This document shows, piece by piece, positions 1 to 9,895 of a stretch of DNA of 64,000 bases. Position 1 is the stretch's first letter; each line of letters opens with the position of its first letter. A program made the position numbers and the translations under genes. The notes beneath the pieces are model-generated. The model saw nothing but the letters and a program-made list of their open reading frames with translations. It had not been told where the DNA came from and ran no database searches. This DNA comes from a virus, in the IMG/VR virus record IMGVR_UViG_3300044846_001307, positions 12,725-76,724 of that record, one strand, 5' to 3'.

Positions 1-46
1 AAAGCTTGAGTTAGAGCAATTAACAGAAAAATTTAAAAATCTGTAA
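1..46 (+). CDS. 3' end of an upstream gene truncated by the window edge (...KLELEQLTEKFKNL*)
   Basis: Open frame from position 2 to TAA at 44-46, 1 nt before the next ATG (48). Confidence 0.5.
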   Translation, partial: KLELEQLTEKFKNL

Positions 47-47
47 C

Positions 48-389
48 ATGTCACATCCATATGAACATAGTAAAAGCAGTGCCCGTAAATGGGGAGGAGA
101 ACCATCAGAATATATGCATATTCATGAATGGTTTGATGCTACAAAAGCCTGGATAGGACATAGTAAACATAGAATGTTCCGTCACCACAGTGAAGGTATA
201 TTTGAATGTGAAGTACATTTTGGTACTTACTTTGTTAATTCTGTAGGAAAAAGAGTGTATATAAGATATGTTGGGGAACAACATGTCAAAGAAGATTGCA
301 ATGGCTATATTCCAAGTGCAAAAGAGTGGGTGGATAATATTAATACACCCACAGAATGGATGATTAAAACACTTAAAATTGAAGACTAA
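48..389 (+). CDS. DUF6915-like His-rich conserved protein
   Basis: HPYxHxxSSARKWGG...HxWFD..K....HRxxRHHSEGIFECE...GEQHVKEDC pattern recalled as this family. Confidence 0.7.
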   Translation: MSHPYEHSKSSARKWGGEPSEYMHIHEWFDATKAWIGHSKHRMFRHHSEGIFECEVHFGTYFVNSVGKRVYIRYVGEQHVKEDCNGYIPSAKEWVDNINTPTEWMIKTLKIED

Positions 390-390
390 T

Positions 391-816
391 ATGATTTTTG
401 ACAAAGAAGAAACGAAGAATTTGTTGAACATGCTACGTTCTACAGATACTGAAAATGCTATCATAGCATTTGAAGCTCTTAAAGGAGTTGAAATACAAAA
501 ATATTTAGGGGAACTAATTGTATTATATAAGTTTGGTAAACAACCTATTAAAGCATGGGATGATAACTGTAATAATTGTTCTGTAGCACTTAGAACAGCT
601 TTACATCCTTATACTAAAGAAGATGGTGCTGAGTTAAGCACTGGGTCTTGTTTATCAGCAATGATAAGTAGTAAAGCAAGTCATCAAGCAGTTGAACTTT
701 TTATGGAGTACTTTACTGTAAATATGATTGGCTTCCTAGGTCAGATGGGTTACCCCGCTGACAAATTTGAAATTAATGTAAAACTAAAAGATGATGGACA
801 AACAACAGAGTCTTAG
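391..816 (+). CDS. hypothetical protein (likely ATG start 391; ORF track opens at TTG 379)
   Basis: ORF tightly packed between neighbours; N-terminal motif shared with the 3381-4739 protein. Confidence 0.7.
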   Translation: MIFDKEETKNLLNMLRSTDTENAIIAFEALKGVEIQKYLGELIVLYKFGKQPIKAWDDNCNNCSVALRTALHPYTKEDGAELSTGSCLSAMISSKASHQAVELFMEYFTVNMIGFLGQMGYPADKFEINVKLKDDGQTTES

Positions 817-2104
817 TAAAACAGCCAAAGATTTAATGTTGAAAGAGCCCTATTACGGGTTCTTTCTTATTATGTTGAATAAGCTTTGGAATAAAAGAGT
901 ACCTACTGCAGGTGTTAGTAAGAATGGAATCAATTATCAGTTAGTGATAAATGAAGAGTTCTGGACAAGTTTAACTGAATTAGAAAGGTTAGGTTTACTC
1001 AAGCATGAATTATTACATATTGCATTTGGACATCTTACTACTGTATTTAAGTTCAGTGATAGAAAGTTAGCAAATGTGGCTATGGATATGGAAATCAATC
1101 AGTATATTGATGCTTCCTGGCTTCCAGGTGGAGAATTATCTTCAGACCAATTTAAACAACTTAAAGAATCTGTTAAAGCTGAATTAGAAACAGCTAAAGA
1201 GAATGGTGCATCTGTTGAAGATCTTCTTGCTATTAGTAAGAAACTTCCTGCAAGAGGTATCATGATTGATGATTATGCTGAACTTAATTTAGATAGAAAA
1301 GCAGGTGCTAGATACTATTATGATAAACTTAAAGAAGCAAAAGATAAGAAAGACCAGACTGGTACAAGTGGCTCTCCAAGCTTTGATGATCTTTGTGATC
1401 AAATGGATTCTGGTGACGGTGATGGTTTGCCTGACCATGCTACTTGGGATGACTTTGAAGATCTTAGTGAAGCTGAACAAAAGTTAATTGATAAACAATT
1501 ACAAAAAGTTCTATCTGATGCCAAGGAACAGACTGTTAAGAAAAGAGGGACTGTACCTGGTGAAATTGAAGGAGTTATTGTAATAGAGGAAATAGTACCA
1601 CCTAAGTTTGATTGGCGTGGATACATTAGAAGATTCACAGGAATCAGTACTAAAGTCTTTACTAAAAAGATTAGACGTAAAGAAAACCGAAGATTTGAAG
1701 CTAATCCAGGATTAAAAGTAAAAATGAGACAACATATGTTGTTGGCCATTGATACTTCAGGTTCTGTAAGTGATTCTGAATTAAAAGAGTTTATGGTAGA
1801 AATGCATCATATTTTTAAATGTGGTGTAGATATTACTATTATTCAGTGTGATACAAGAATCAGGTCTGTTGAACCTTACAAAGGTAAACACGAACTAAGT
1901 GTACAAGGAAGAGGAGGAACAGAATTTGATCCTGTCTTAGAGTATTTTAATGAGAATTTAGGTAAATATACTAGTCTAGTATATTTTACTGATGGAGAAT
2001 GTAATGCAGATGTAAAACCTAGAGGTAATGTCCTATGGGTTTTGTCAGAAAGATCAAGTATGAATGATAGCCTTCCAGGAAAGGTAATTAAGTTAGAATT
2101 ATAA
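791..2104 (+). CDS. putative metallopeptidase (HExxH) + VWA domain protein, DUF2201-like
   Basis: LKHELLHI zincin motif; C-terminal AIDTSGSV (MIDAS DxSxS), GRGGT and YFTDG; adjacent to a MoxR-like ATPase. Confidence 0.85.
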   Translation: MMDKQQSLSKTAKDLMLKEPYYGFFLIMLNKLWNKRVPTAGVSKNGINYQLVINEEFWTSLTELERLGLLKHELLHIAFGHLTTVFKFSDRKLANVAMDMEINQYIDASWLPGGELSSDQFKQLKESVKAELETAKENGASVEDLLAISKKLPARGIMIDDYAELNLDRKAGARYYYDKLKEAKDKKDQTGTSGSPSFDDLCDQMDSGDGDGLPDHATWDDFEDLSEAEQKLIDKQLQKVLSDAKEQTVKKRGTVPGEIEGVIVIEEIVPPKFDWRGYIRRFTGISTKVFTKKIRRKENRRFEANPGLKVKMRQHMLLAIDTSGSVSDSELKEFMVEMHHIFKCGVDITIIQCDTRIRSVEPYKGKHELSVQGRGGTEFDPVLEYFNENLGKYTSLVYFTDGECNADVKPRGNVLWVLSERSSMNDSLPGKVIKLEL

Positions 2105-2115
2105 AAATTAAAGTT

Positions 2116-3285
2116 ATGAGTCAAGTTCAATTAAACGTAGATGAATTAAAAAGTTTTATTAAACACATGGTTGGAAATAACCAACACATTCAGTCTGAAG
2201 GAAAAGTTCCTGTGGCAATTAATATAGAAGGTGATGCTGGTTTAGGTAAAACTTCTGCTATTATGCAGTTGGGTAAAGAAATGAACATGCAAGTAGTAAA
2301 ACTTAATTTATCTCAGTTAGAAGAATTAGGTGATTTAGTAGGTTTTCCTGTGAAAGAATTTCAAATTCAAAATGCTGAAGGTAAGACTACATGGATTAAT
2401 GAGTCTCAGATATCTGCAGCAAGTGCAAAAGGTTATAAAGTTGTAGATAAAAGAATGTCACATGCTGCTCCTGAATGGATTCAGGGTAAAGGAGAAGGTG
2501 GATTCTTAATCTTAGATGATTATACTCGTGCTGATCAAAGATTCATGCAAGCAACTATGGAAATATTAGATAGACAAGAATATGTTTCTTGGAAGTTACC
2601 TAAGAACTGGCATGTTATCTTAACTACTAATCCAGACAACGGTGATTATAATGTCACAAGTCTAGATGTAGCTCAGAAGACTAGATTTATCTCTGTTGAG
2701 TTAAAGTATGATTCTGAAGTATGGGCTAAGTGGGCAGAGAGTGCAAACATTGATGGTAGATGTATTAACTTCATGTTGATGCACCCGGAATTGGTAACTC
2801 AAAGAATTAATCCAAGAGCTATCACTACGTTCTTTAATGCTATCAGTTCTATTCCTAAGTTTGAAAGTGATTTACCTCTAATTCAGATGATTGGTGAGGG
2901 TTCTGTTGGTGTTGACTTTAGTTCTATGTTTACTATGTTTATTAATAACAAGTTGGATAGAATTATTAGTCCTGCAGATATCTTAACTAAAGATGAAACA
3001 TATGTATTAGGGTCTTTAACTTCTGCAGTAGGGGAGGAAGGGGATTTCCGTGCTGATATATCTAGTGTAATTGCAACCAGAATTATTAATTATTCTCTTG
3101 CTTTAGCAGATAAAACAAGCATTGGTAAACCTATTATTGATAGAATTGCTAAATTAACTACAGACTGTAAAGCATTCACAGATGATTTAAGATATTACAT
3201 GGTGAAGGAGATAGTTAACGGTAATAAAATTAAGTTCTCACAATTGATGATGAATCAGAACGTGGTGAAGATGGCTGTAAAGTAA
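2116..3285 (+). CDS. MoxR-like AAA+ ATPase
   Basis: Walker A GDAGLGKT, Walker B FLILDD, sensor LTTNP, arginine finger region KTRF; paired with the VWA gene. Confidence 0.85.
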   Translation: MSQVQLNVDELKSFIKHMVGNNQHIQSEGKVPVAINIEGDAGLGKTSAIMQLGKEMNMQVVKLNLSQLEELGDLVGFPVKEFQIQNAEGKTTWINESQISAASAKGYKVVDKRMSHAAPEWIQGKGEGGFLILDDYTRADQRFMQATMEILDRQEYVSWKLPKNWHVILTTNPDNGDYNVTSLDVAQKTRFISVELKYDSEVWAKWAESANIDGRCINFMLMHPELVTQRINPRAITTFFNAISSIPKFESDLPLIQMIGEGSVGVDFSSMFTMFINNKLDRIISPADILTKDETYVLGSLTSAVGEEGDFRADISSVIATRIINYSLALADKTSIGKPIIDRIAKLTTDCKAFTDDLRYYMVKEIVNGNKIKFSQLMMNQNVVKMAVK

Positions 3286-3342
3286 ATCTAACGTAGAAGG
3301 TTTCCACTTTAAAAACCCATTATTTTAATTAAATACAAACAT

Positions 3343-3368
3343 AGGGAGAGGTAATACTCTCCCTTTTT
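3343..3368 (+). terminator. intrinsic terminator
   Basis: AGGGAGAG-gtaata-CTCTCCCT hairpin followed by a T tract. Confidence 0.8.
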
Positions 3369-3380
3369 AATATTTTGAAC

Positions 3381-4739
3381 ATGAATATTATAAAAATAAC
3401 ATCAGATATTCCAAGACACAGTGAAAACTATAATCGTCTTCCAGATGCAACATTTGACATTAATATCCTAACAGGAGGTTTTGATACGGAAGTTATTGAT
3501 TCATTTAACTTGATTAAAACACCGTATACCCCTAATAAAGGAGATAAAATCTATTTTTTACCCGGTGTAAATGTACCTAGAGTAAAATTTAAAAATGTAT
3601 GTGTAGAACATGGCATTAAAACTATACGAGATGTAGAACAAGCAACTGTTATATTTGCTTCTAAGAAAAGTATAAGTGATCTTACTACATCTCATTGGGC
3701 ATACAAATGTAATACTCAGGAGTTCAAAGATTTTATTAAACATTACGAGTCTGATATAGATAATCACGATCTTGATAAAATAGAAACTGCATTAGAGTTT
3801 TATAATCAAGAGTTTATTGCAGTAGATTATAATCTATTTGATTGGATTGTAAACACAATCCCTGCAACAAATTCTAGTAGATACAGTGAAAGATTATCTA
3901 TGATTAAAGATGAGTATGTTGATTTATTTAATTCAATTCAAGGTAAAGAAATTCTTGATGAATCAAGTGTAATCAATGTATTGAATGGTGAAGATGCTGC
4001 TGAGATTGATAAAAGTATGTTTGAACATCTTTCAGATATGTTTGAGAGTTCAGATACAGATAATCATGTTCTGGCTATGGAAATCATGGCCAACTCTAAG
4101 TATGTAGAAAGTTTGATTTATTTAGAACTTTTATTCTATAAATACTCTCATAAGATATATGATAGACATACTAAGAATCATGTTAATTTTAAATCTTTAA
4201 TTAGTTATTTAGGTAAAGATAAAAGTTATCTTAATACTGATATTGATGGTATTGCTCATAGTTTAGTTAATAAAGATCAGTTTACTACAGATAAATTAGA
4301 AATTATCATGGAGTATTTAAGTAATGATATCCAACGCACTGGAGACAGCCAATATTTTACTGTAAAAACTATAACTGTGCATCCTGATCATATTGCAAAA
4401 CTAAATTCTAATTATACTTATGAGGTGCAAAAAGATTATATTCCTACAGTAGAGGAAATTGCTGAAGTAGAAGAGTTACCAGCTTACGAGGGGTCAGAGG
4501 GACCGATAGGACCACAAGGACATGCTGATCCAGTAGGAGAACTTGGAGCCCCAGGAGTAGATGGAATTGAATCTGTAGAGTCTGAATTTGCAGTTGAAGA
4601 TAACTTTGATATCTCAACTGAAGAAGATGAAGATGACACAGATGTATTAGAGCCAGAACCTATTTCAGAAGTTTCCGAATCCCAATCAAATAACAATCAA
4701 ATAGAAACAAATGACACTAATGACTTTGAATGGTTCTGA
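3381..4739 (+). CDS. hypothetical protein; possible BRCT-like N-terminal domain, short collagen-like stretch, acidic tail (likely ATG 3381)
   Basis: About 452 aa ORF; KIYFLPG...HGIK...ATVIF resembles the BRCT beta-alpha-beta pattern; G-X-Y run near 4490-4565; D/E-rich C-terminus. Confidence 0.7.
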   Translation: MNIIKITSDIPRHSENYNRLPDATFDINILTGGFDTEVIDSFNLIKTPYTPNKGDKIYFLPGVNVPRVKFKNVCVEHGIKTIRDVEQATVIFASKKSISDLTTSHWAYKCNTQEFKDFIKHYESDIDNHDLDKIETALEFYNQEFIAVDYNLFDWIVNTIPATNSSRYSERLSMIKDEYVDLFNSIQGKEILDESSVINVLNGEDAAEIDKSMFEHLSDMFESSDTDNHVLAMEIMANSKYVESLIYLELLFYKYSHKIYDRHTKNHVNFKSLISYLGKDKSYLNTDIDGIAHSLVNKDQFTTDKLEIIMEYLSNDIQRTGDSQYFTVKTITVHPDHIAKLNSNYTYEVQKDYIPTVEEIAEVEELPAYEGSEGPIGPQGHADPVGELGAPGVDGIESVESEFAVEDNFDISTEEDEDDTDVLEPEPISEVSESQSNNNQIETNDTNDFEWF

Positions 4740-5718
4740 TGAACTTGAGCTTTTCTACAAGAAGAAGTTCTATTTTAGTTACAGTGGGATCAATAAGCTA
4801 TTGTTTTCTCCTGTAATGTTTTACAATCATTATGTGCTCAACCAAAGAGAAGACAGTACAGACACGCACCTGGTATCAGGTCGTGTCTTACACTGTCTCC
4901 TATTGGAGGAGGACAACTTTGATAAACAATTTTTAATATTACCTGGCAAATTACCAACAGAGAGCCAGAAGAAAATTATTGACAATATTTTCAAATATCA
5001 CTTGACATTAGGAAATAATTCCTTAAATTTGTCTGATTACTCTCAGGAAATACTCACACAATTACTTACAGTTAACTTATATCAGAATCTCAAGACTGAT
5101 CAACAAAGAATTGACAAGCTTTTAACTCAGGAGAACCTTGATTATTTTGAATTCCTCAAATCTAGTTTAGATAAAACAGTAGTTGATGAGCCTACATTAG
5201 CAGCATGTAGAATGTCTGTAGATGTTCTTAGAGCTAATCAGGATGTAAGAGCACTGTTACAATTAGACAAAGATGAAGATGACAAAACTATTGAGGTTTA
5301 CAATGAGTTATTTATTAAAGCCGAACCAAGTGAACAAACATTTGGCTTTCATGGAATGCTTGACAATATTGTTATAGATCACAATACAAAAACTATCTTT
5401 ATTAATGACTTAAAGACTCTTGGTAAGTCTATACAAGATTTTCCGGATTCTGTGGAGTATTATAGGTATTGGATTCAAGCCATTATTTATATACAATTAG
5501 CAAAGCATTATTTCACAGCATTTGCAGATTATAATTTTCAGATTACATTTATTGTAATTGACAAGTATAATCAAGTATATCCTTATCAAGTATCTTCAGA
5601 AACACTAACTAAATGGAAATCTGATTTTGATACTGTAATAACCAAAGTTGCTTGGCATTATAATAACAAAAAATATGATCTTCCATATGAGTTAGCATTA
5701 GGTAATGTAAAACTGTAA
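4711..5718 (+). CDS. PD-(D/E)XK exonuclease (RecE/ExoVIII, DUF3799-like)
   Basis: FSYSGI..., GRVLHCLLLE, GMLDNIVID...INDLKT and YRYWIQAIIY motifs. Confidence 0.8.
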   Translation: MTLMTLNGSDELELFYKKKFYFSYSGINKLLFSPVMFYNHYVLNQREDSTDTHLVSGRVLHCLLLEEDNFDKQFLILPGKLPTESQKKIIDNIFKYHLTLGNNSLNLSDYSQEILTQLLTVNLYQNLKTDQQRIDKLLTQENLDYFEFLKSSLDKTVVDEPTLAACRMSVDVLRANQDVRALLQLDKDEDDKTIEVYNELFIKAEPSEQTFGFHGMLDNIVIDHNTKTIFINDLKTLGKSIQDFPDSVEYYRYWIQAIIYIQLAKHYFTAFADYNFQITFIVIDKYNQVYPYQVSSETLTKWKSDFDTVITKVAWHYNNKKYDLPYELALGNVKL

Positions 5719-5723
5719 AGATT

Positions 5724-6305
5724 ATGGCTTTAAATTCTGTTTATAAGAAGTATTTTCAAAAATCCAAGGTGTTTTTATATCCGCTCCTTGGAATAAAAAG
5801 AGGTGTAAGTGTTGTTCCAGTTGAAACTTATTTCAGTTGGGAGGGTTACTATAACTCTGAGGATATGAAATTGATATGTGTATATGATATAAGAACAGAT
5901 GAAGAGTACGTTTTATTTGAGAAAAATACTTTGTTGAAACACAATAGACTTTGTGATTATATAAAAGTAAACTCTCAAGCTATATTTACATTTGATTTTT
6001 CCGACATGGAAGATGATTGGTTCCATTTAATTAATGGAAGATATAGTAAAATACGTTTAGAATTAAAGCAAAAAATCCTTGGCTTTTTTGATAAATACAG
6101 TGGCAATTATGCATACATACATAGTTATTTGATACCTGAAAAGTATTTTAGTAACTATGCTGAACTTTTAGATGTTGAGCCTGAGATGTTGATAAAAGTT
6201 GGAGAACTATGCAGCAAACCAGATACTGCTAAAGAAACTTTAGTAATTGAAATAGCAGATTTGGATAATATAAATGAAAAATTGTTAAATTTGTCAAAAC
6301 CATAA
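5724..6305 (+). CDS. conserved phage hypothetical protein
   Basis: 193 aa ORF in operon context, 5 nt after the previous stop. Confidence 0.7.
   Translation: MALNSVYKKYFQKSKVFLYPLLGIKRGVSVVPVETYFSWEGYYNSEDMKLICVYDIRTDEEYVLFEKNTLLKHNRLCDYIKVNSQAIFTFDFSDMEDDWFHLINGRYSKIRLELKQKILGFFDKYSGNYAYIHSYLIPEKYFSNYAELLDVEPEMLIKVGELCSKPDTAKETLVIEIADLDNINEKLLNLSKP
6260..6293 (+). promoter_or_regulatory. Bacteroidota sigma-A type promoter (-33 TTTG / -7 TAnnTTTG)
   Basis: TTTG at 6260-6263, 22-nt spacer, TAAATTTG at 6286-6293, 15 nt upstream of ATG 6309. Confidence 0.5.
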
Positions 6306-6308
6306 GAA

Positions 6309-6665
6309 ATGAATAAATCAATGATGCTTGTACAAGCAACTTGGCAAGAAAGCCAAACTTTTAGAATGATTCCTACTAGCACAGACTGTCCATATGTAGA
6401 ATGTATCTTTGACCCTACTAGTAATGTATTTGTAGTGATCTCTAATATTAAGAAAACAACATTACACATGTTGCCAAAATTAGATGAATACGGTCAACCT
6501 TCTACAGGAAGTAAAGGAATGAAACAAGAAAGACATAAATTGGAAGTTTTTCAAGAATTCTATGTTGAAGATAAAAAAGCAACAGAAGAATTAATTAAAG
6601 GATTTGCAATTAATGCAGATAGTTTTGATTACAAGAAGTTTATGAAAGAAGCTAAAAAAGCATAA
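6309..6665 (+). CDS. hypothetical protein
   Basis: 118 aa ORF followed by a terminator. Confidence 0.7.
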   Translation: MNKSMMLVQATWQESQTFRMIPTSTDCPYVECIFDPTSNVFVVISNIKKTTLHMLPKLDEYGQPSTGSKGMKQERHKLEVFQEFYVEDKKATEELIKGFAINADSFDYKKFMKEAKKA

Positions 6666-6682
6666 ATTAATTATCACTTGAG

Positions 6683-6711
6683 AAGGGTGAGTATATGCTC
6701 ACCCTTTTTTT
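6683..6711 (+). terminator. intrinsic terminator
   Basis: AAGGGTGAG-tatatg-CTCACCCTT hairpin with T run. Confidence 0.8.
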
Positions 6712-6749
6712 ATTTACTAAAAGGGGGAACAGCTTAACTGAACTAGCCT

Positions 6750-8654
6750 ATGAGAACACATTGGGTAATGGATTATGAAACTCTTAGAAATTGTTTCATA
6801 GGGGTGTTTGAAGATGTAAAATCTGAACACCAAGAAGTGTTTGTATGTCACAAGTCTCAAAATGACATTGTGGACTTAATACACTTTCTAAAAAGAAATC
6901 AAAATTTAAATGAATGGCATATATCCTTTAATGGATTAGCATTTGACAGTCAAATAACTGAACACATTCTTCGTAATGAAGATCAGTTAATTTATGGTTA
7001 TGGGGATGGTGAAGAAATTGCAAGATGGATTTATGGTAAAGCACAAGAAGCTATCCAGAAAAGTAATGATAGGGAGTTTGCTACATTTAGTCCTAAAGAT
7101 TTAAGCATTAGACAAATTGATGTCTTTAAACTTAACCATTGGGATAATCCTGCTAAGAGAAGTTCATTAAAGTGGATTCAGTATACAATGGATTGGAAGA
7201 ACATTATGGACATGCCAATACATCACACTACTGAAGTAGAGAGTTCTCAGATTCCTGAAATTATCAAGTATTGTATTAATGATGTTAAGTCTACTAAGAA
7301 GATTATGCACTTAAGTAAAGAGCAAATTAATCTTAGGAAAGCATTAACAGAAGAATATGATATAGATTTGTTTTCAGCTTCAGAGCCTCGTATATCTAAA
7401 GAATTGTTTTTACATTTCTTAAGTAAAGAAACTGGTATAAAGAAGTATGATCTAAAACAGATGCGAACACAAAGGGATCAGATTGTCTTTAAAGATATTA
7501 TATTACCTTATATTGAATTTAAGACAGCTACGTTTCAAAATCTCCTAAAGAAGTTTCAAGAAGTGGTTTTATATCCCGGAGAAACTAAAGGAGGTTTTAA
7601 ATATTCTGTCCAGTATAAAGGTGTAAAGACTGATTATGGTCTTGGTGGTATTCATGGTGCAAGGTCTAGTAAAGTTTACAACTCAACTGATGATATGATT
7701 ATTATGAGCTCAGACGTTGTAAGTTTCTATCCTAATTTAGCAATTAGAAACAATTGGGCACCAGCACATTTACCAAAACAAGAATTTTCTCAACTGTATG
7801 AGTGGTTCTTTGAAGAAAGAAAAAAGATTCCAAAGTCTGATCCTAAAAATTATGTATACAAAATTATCTTAAACTCAACCTATGGGTTAAGTAATGATGA
7901 GAATAGTTTCCTGTATGATCCTCAATTTACAATGAGTATCACTATAAATGGTCAACTAAGTCTTAGCATGCTGTATGAGATGATTTGTGAAGAGATTCCA
8001 GGTGCAGTTCCACTGATGCAGAATACAGATGGTCTTGAGACTATGATTCCTAGAGAATATGAAGCACAGTATATGGAGATTTGTGCAAGATGGGAAAAGA
8101 TGACTAATCTTTTATTAGAACATGATAAGTATTCTAAGATTGTTCTGGGTGATGTCAACAATTATATTGCAGTAAATGAAGCTGGTAAATCTAAATGTAA
8201 AGGTAGATTTGAGTATAAAGATCTTGCTCTTCATAAGAATAAAAGTTTTCTAGTAATACCTAAAGCATTGCATGCATATTTTGTAGAAGGTGTTAAACCT
8301 GAAATATTTATAAAAGAAAATCTAAACATTTTTGATTTTTGTGGTGGAGTAAAAATTAAAGGAGATTGGAAGTTTGTTGAACGTAAAGTGACAAATGGTC
8401 TCTATGAAGAACAATCTTTACAACACACAATAAGATATTATATCTCTAAAACAGGGTCTAAAGTTATTAAAAAGAATAACTCAGATCGTAGAGAAATCCA
8501 GGTAGAAGCTGGGAAATGGATGCAGAGTCTAATGATTGACTATGTAGAAAAACCATTTGAAGAATATGATATTAACTATGATTACTATCTAGAGAAGATA
8601 AGAAAAGAAATAAATTCTCTAGAACCATTTTCAAACCAATTAAGTTTATTTTAA
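6750..8654 (+). CDS. polB: family B DNA polymerase with 3'-5' exonuclease
   Basis: ExoI DYE, ExoII FNGLAFD, ExoIII YCINDV; motif A DVVSFYPN, motif B KIILNSTYG, motif C NTDG. Confidence 0.93.
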   Translation: MRTHWVMDYETLRNCFIGVFEDVKSEHQEVFVCHKSQNDIVDLIHFLKRNQNLNEWHISFNGLAFDSQITEHILRNEDQLIYGYGDGEEIARWIYGKAQEAIQKSNDREFATFSPKDLSIRQIDVFKLNHWDNPAKRSSLKWIQYTMDWKNIMDMPIHHTTEVESSQIPEIIKYCINDVKSTKKIMHLSKEQINLRKALTEEYDIDLFSASEPRISKELFLHFLSKETGIKKYDLKQMRTQRDQIVFKDIILPYIEFKTATFQNLLKKFQEVVLYPGETKGGFKYSVQYKGVKTDYGLGGIHGARSSKVYNSTDDMIIMSSDVVSFYPNLAIRNNWAPAHLPKQEFSQLYEWFFEERKKIPKSDPKNYVYKIILNSTYGLSNDENSFLYDPQFTMSITINGQLSLSMLYEMICEEIPGAVPLMQNTDGLETMIPREYEAQYMEICARWEKMTNLLLEHDKYSKIVLGDVNNYIAVNEAGKSKCKGRFEYKDLALHKNKSFLVIPKALHAYFVEGVKPEIFIKENLNIFDFCGGVKIKGDWKFVERKVTNGLYEEQSLQHTIRYYISKTGSKVIKKNNSDRREIQVEAGKWMQSLMIDYVEKPFEEYDINYDYYLEKIRKEINSLEPFSNQLSLF

Positions 8655-8656
8655 TT

Positions 8657-9835
8657 ATGCCAAAGAAAATTCAACACACAACAAAAGCAAATTTATTATC
8701 TATTGATTTGCCACAACATGGAGCTAGTTACACTGTAATTAGTCATGAATTTATTATTGATTATGCACACCAAGCCCTGTCTTCTGCAGGGTTTATAGTA
8801 TTAGATGAGGAGTACAGATGTACTGCTGATGGACAAATTGCTCAAGGGATTTATAAACTAAACTATAATAATGATCCTGATTTAGCTATGATGTTTGCAT
8901 GGACAAACAGTTATAATAAACAAGTAAAGTTTAAATGTGTAATTGGTGCTTATGTAAATAACACTGGTTCAGTTATGATTTCTGGAGATATTGGTAGCTG
9001 GGTTAGAAAACATACAGGAACTGCAGATACAGAAACACAAGAGACAATAGATTCTTACATTTCTAATGCACACATGTACTACAATCAATTATGTAGTGAC
9101 AAAGCTTCCATGGAAACAATCTCCCTAAATAAGAGAAAACAATCACAGCTATTGGGTGTACTATTTGCAGAGTATGAAATTCTAACAACTGAGCAAGCTA
9201 GTATGGTTAGAGATCAAATGAAGAAACCTTATCATGTATTTACTAATACAGATAGTTTATGGGCCTTTTACAACTACATAACTATAGCTCTTCAGACATC
9301 ACATCCTAAAACATGGATGGAGGATCAAAGAATATTACACTACTTTATTTCTAGTATTAATAACTTTGCACAGGCTCCAGCAGTTGTTGTTGTTCCTGTA
9401 GTAGAAGAGGTAGTTGTACCGGTTGTCTATTCAGATCCTAATCAAACAAACTTGTTAGATCAGATTGCTGATATGGAAGCTGATATCATAGATGAAGATA
9501 TCAGATATGCTGCAAATGATGAAGAAGAAGTCATTGATCGTAATATTACGATAGATGAAGTAATTGATGAAGAAGTACAGGAGTATGAATTCAAGGAAGA
9601 ACAGGAAGACAAGGTATGTGATGAAACCATTATTTACACTGATCCAATGGGTAATACATTTGAGACAACTTCAATTGCTCCTTGTGCAGGACATGATACT
9701 GAAACAGAAAAAGAAATTGAAAAAGAAACTATTAAAGAAGTCACTGAAGATGAATTTGCAGCAGCAGATAATTTTGATTTAGACTTCAATGAAGAAACTA
9801 ATGAAGACCCGGATAGCATCCCGGACTTCTTTTAG
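8657..9835 (+). CDS. DUF932-like protein with long acidic C-terminal tail
   Basis: SYTVISH, NSYNK, RKHTG and SLWAFYNYIT..K/SHP motifs resemble the DUF932 family; last ~140 aa are D/E-rich. Confidence 0.6.
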   Translation: MPKKIQHTTKANLLSIDLPQHGASYTVISHEFIIDYAHQALSSAGFIVLDEEYRCTADGQIAQGIYKLNYNNDPDLAMMFAWTNSYNKQVKFKCVIGAYVNNTGSVMISGDIGSWVRKHTGTADTETQETIDSYISNAHMYYNQLCSDKASMETISLNKRKQSQLLGVLFAEYEILTTEQASMVRDQMKKPYHVFTNTDSLWAFYNYITIALQTSHPKTWMEDQRILHYFISSINNFAQAPAVVVVPVVEEVVVPVVYSDPNQTNLLDQIADMEADIIDEDIRYAANDEEEVIDRNITIDEVIDEEVQEYEFKEEQEDKVCDETIIYTDPMGNTFETTSIAPCAGHDTETEKEIEKETIKEVTEDEFAAADNFDLDFNEETNEDPDSIPDFF

Positions 9836-9855
9836 TAATGAATAATTTATCAATT

Positions 9856-9884
9856 AAGGGGTGGTGGAAACTGCCCCTTTTTTT
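9856..9884 (+). terminator. intrinsic terminator
   Basis: AAGGGGTGGT-ggaa-ACTGCCCCTT hairpin (two G-U pairs) with T run. Confidence 0.75.
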
Positions 9885-9895
9885 AACTTTGTAAC

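Noticed and set aside
4711-5718. Cas4 call for the PD-(D/E)XK protein
   Set aside because: Lacks the four-Cys Fe-S cluster arrangement and has no cas context; better described as a RecE/ExoVIII-like exonuclease.
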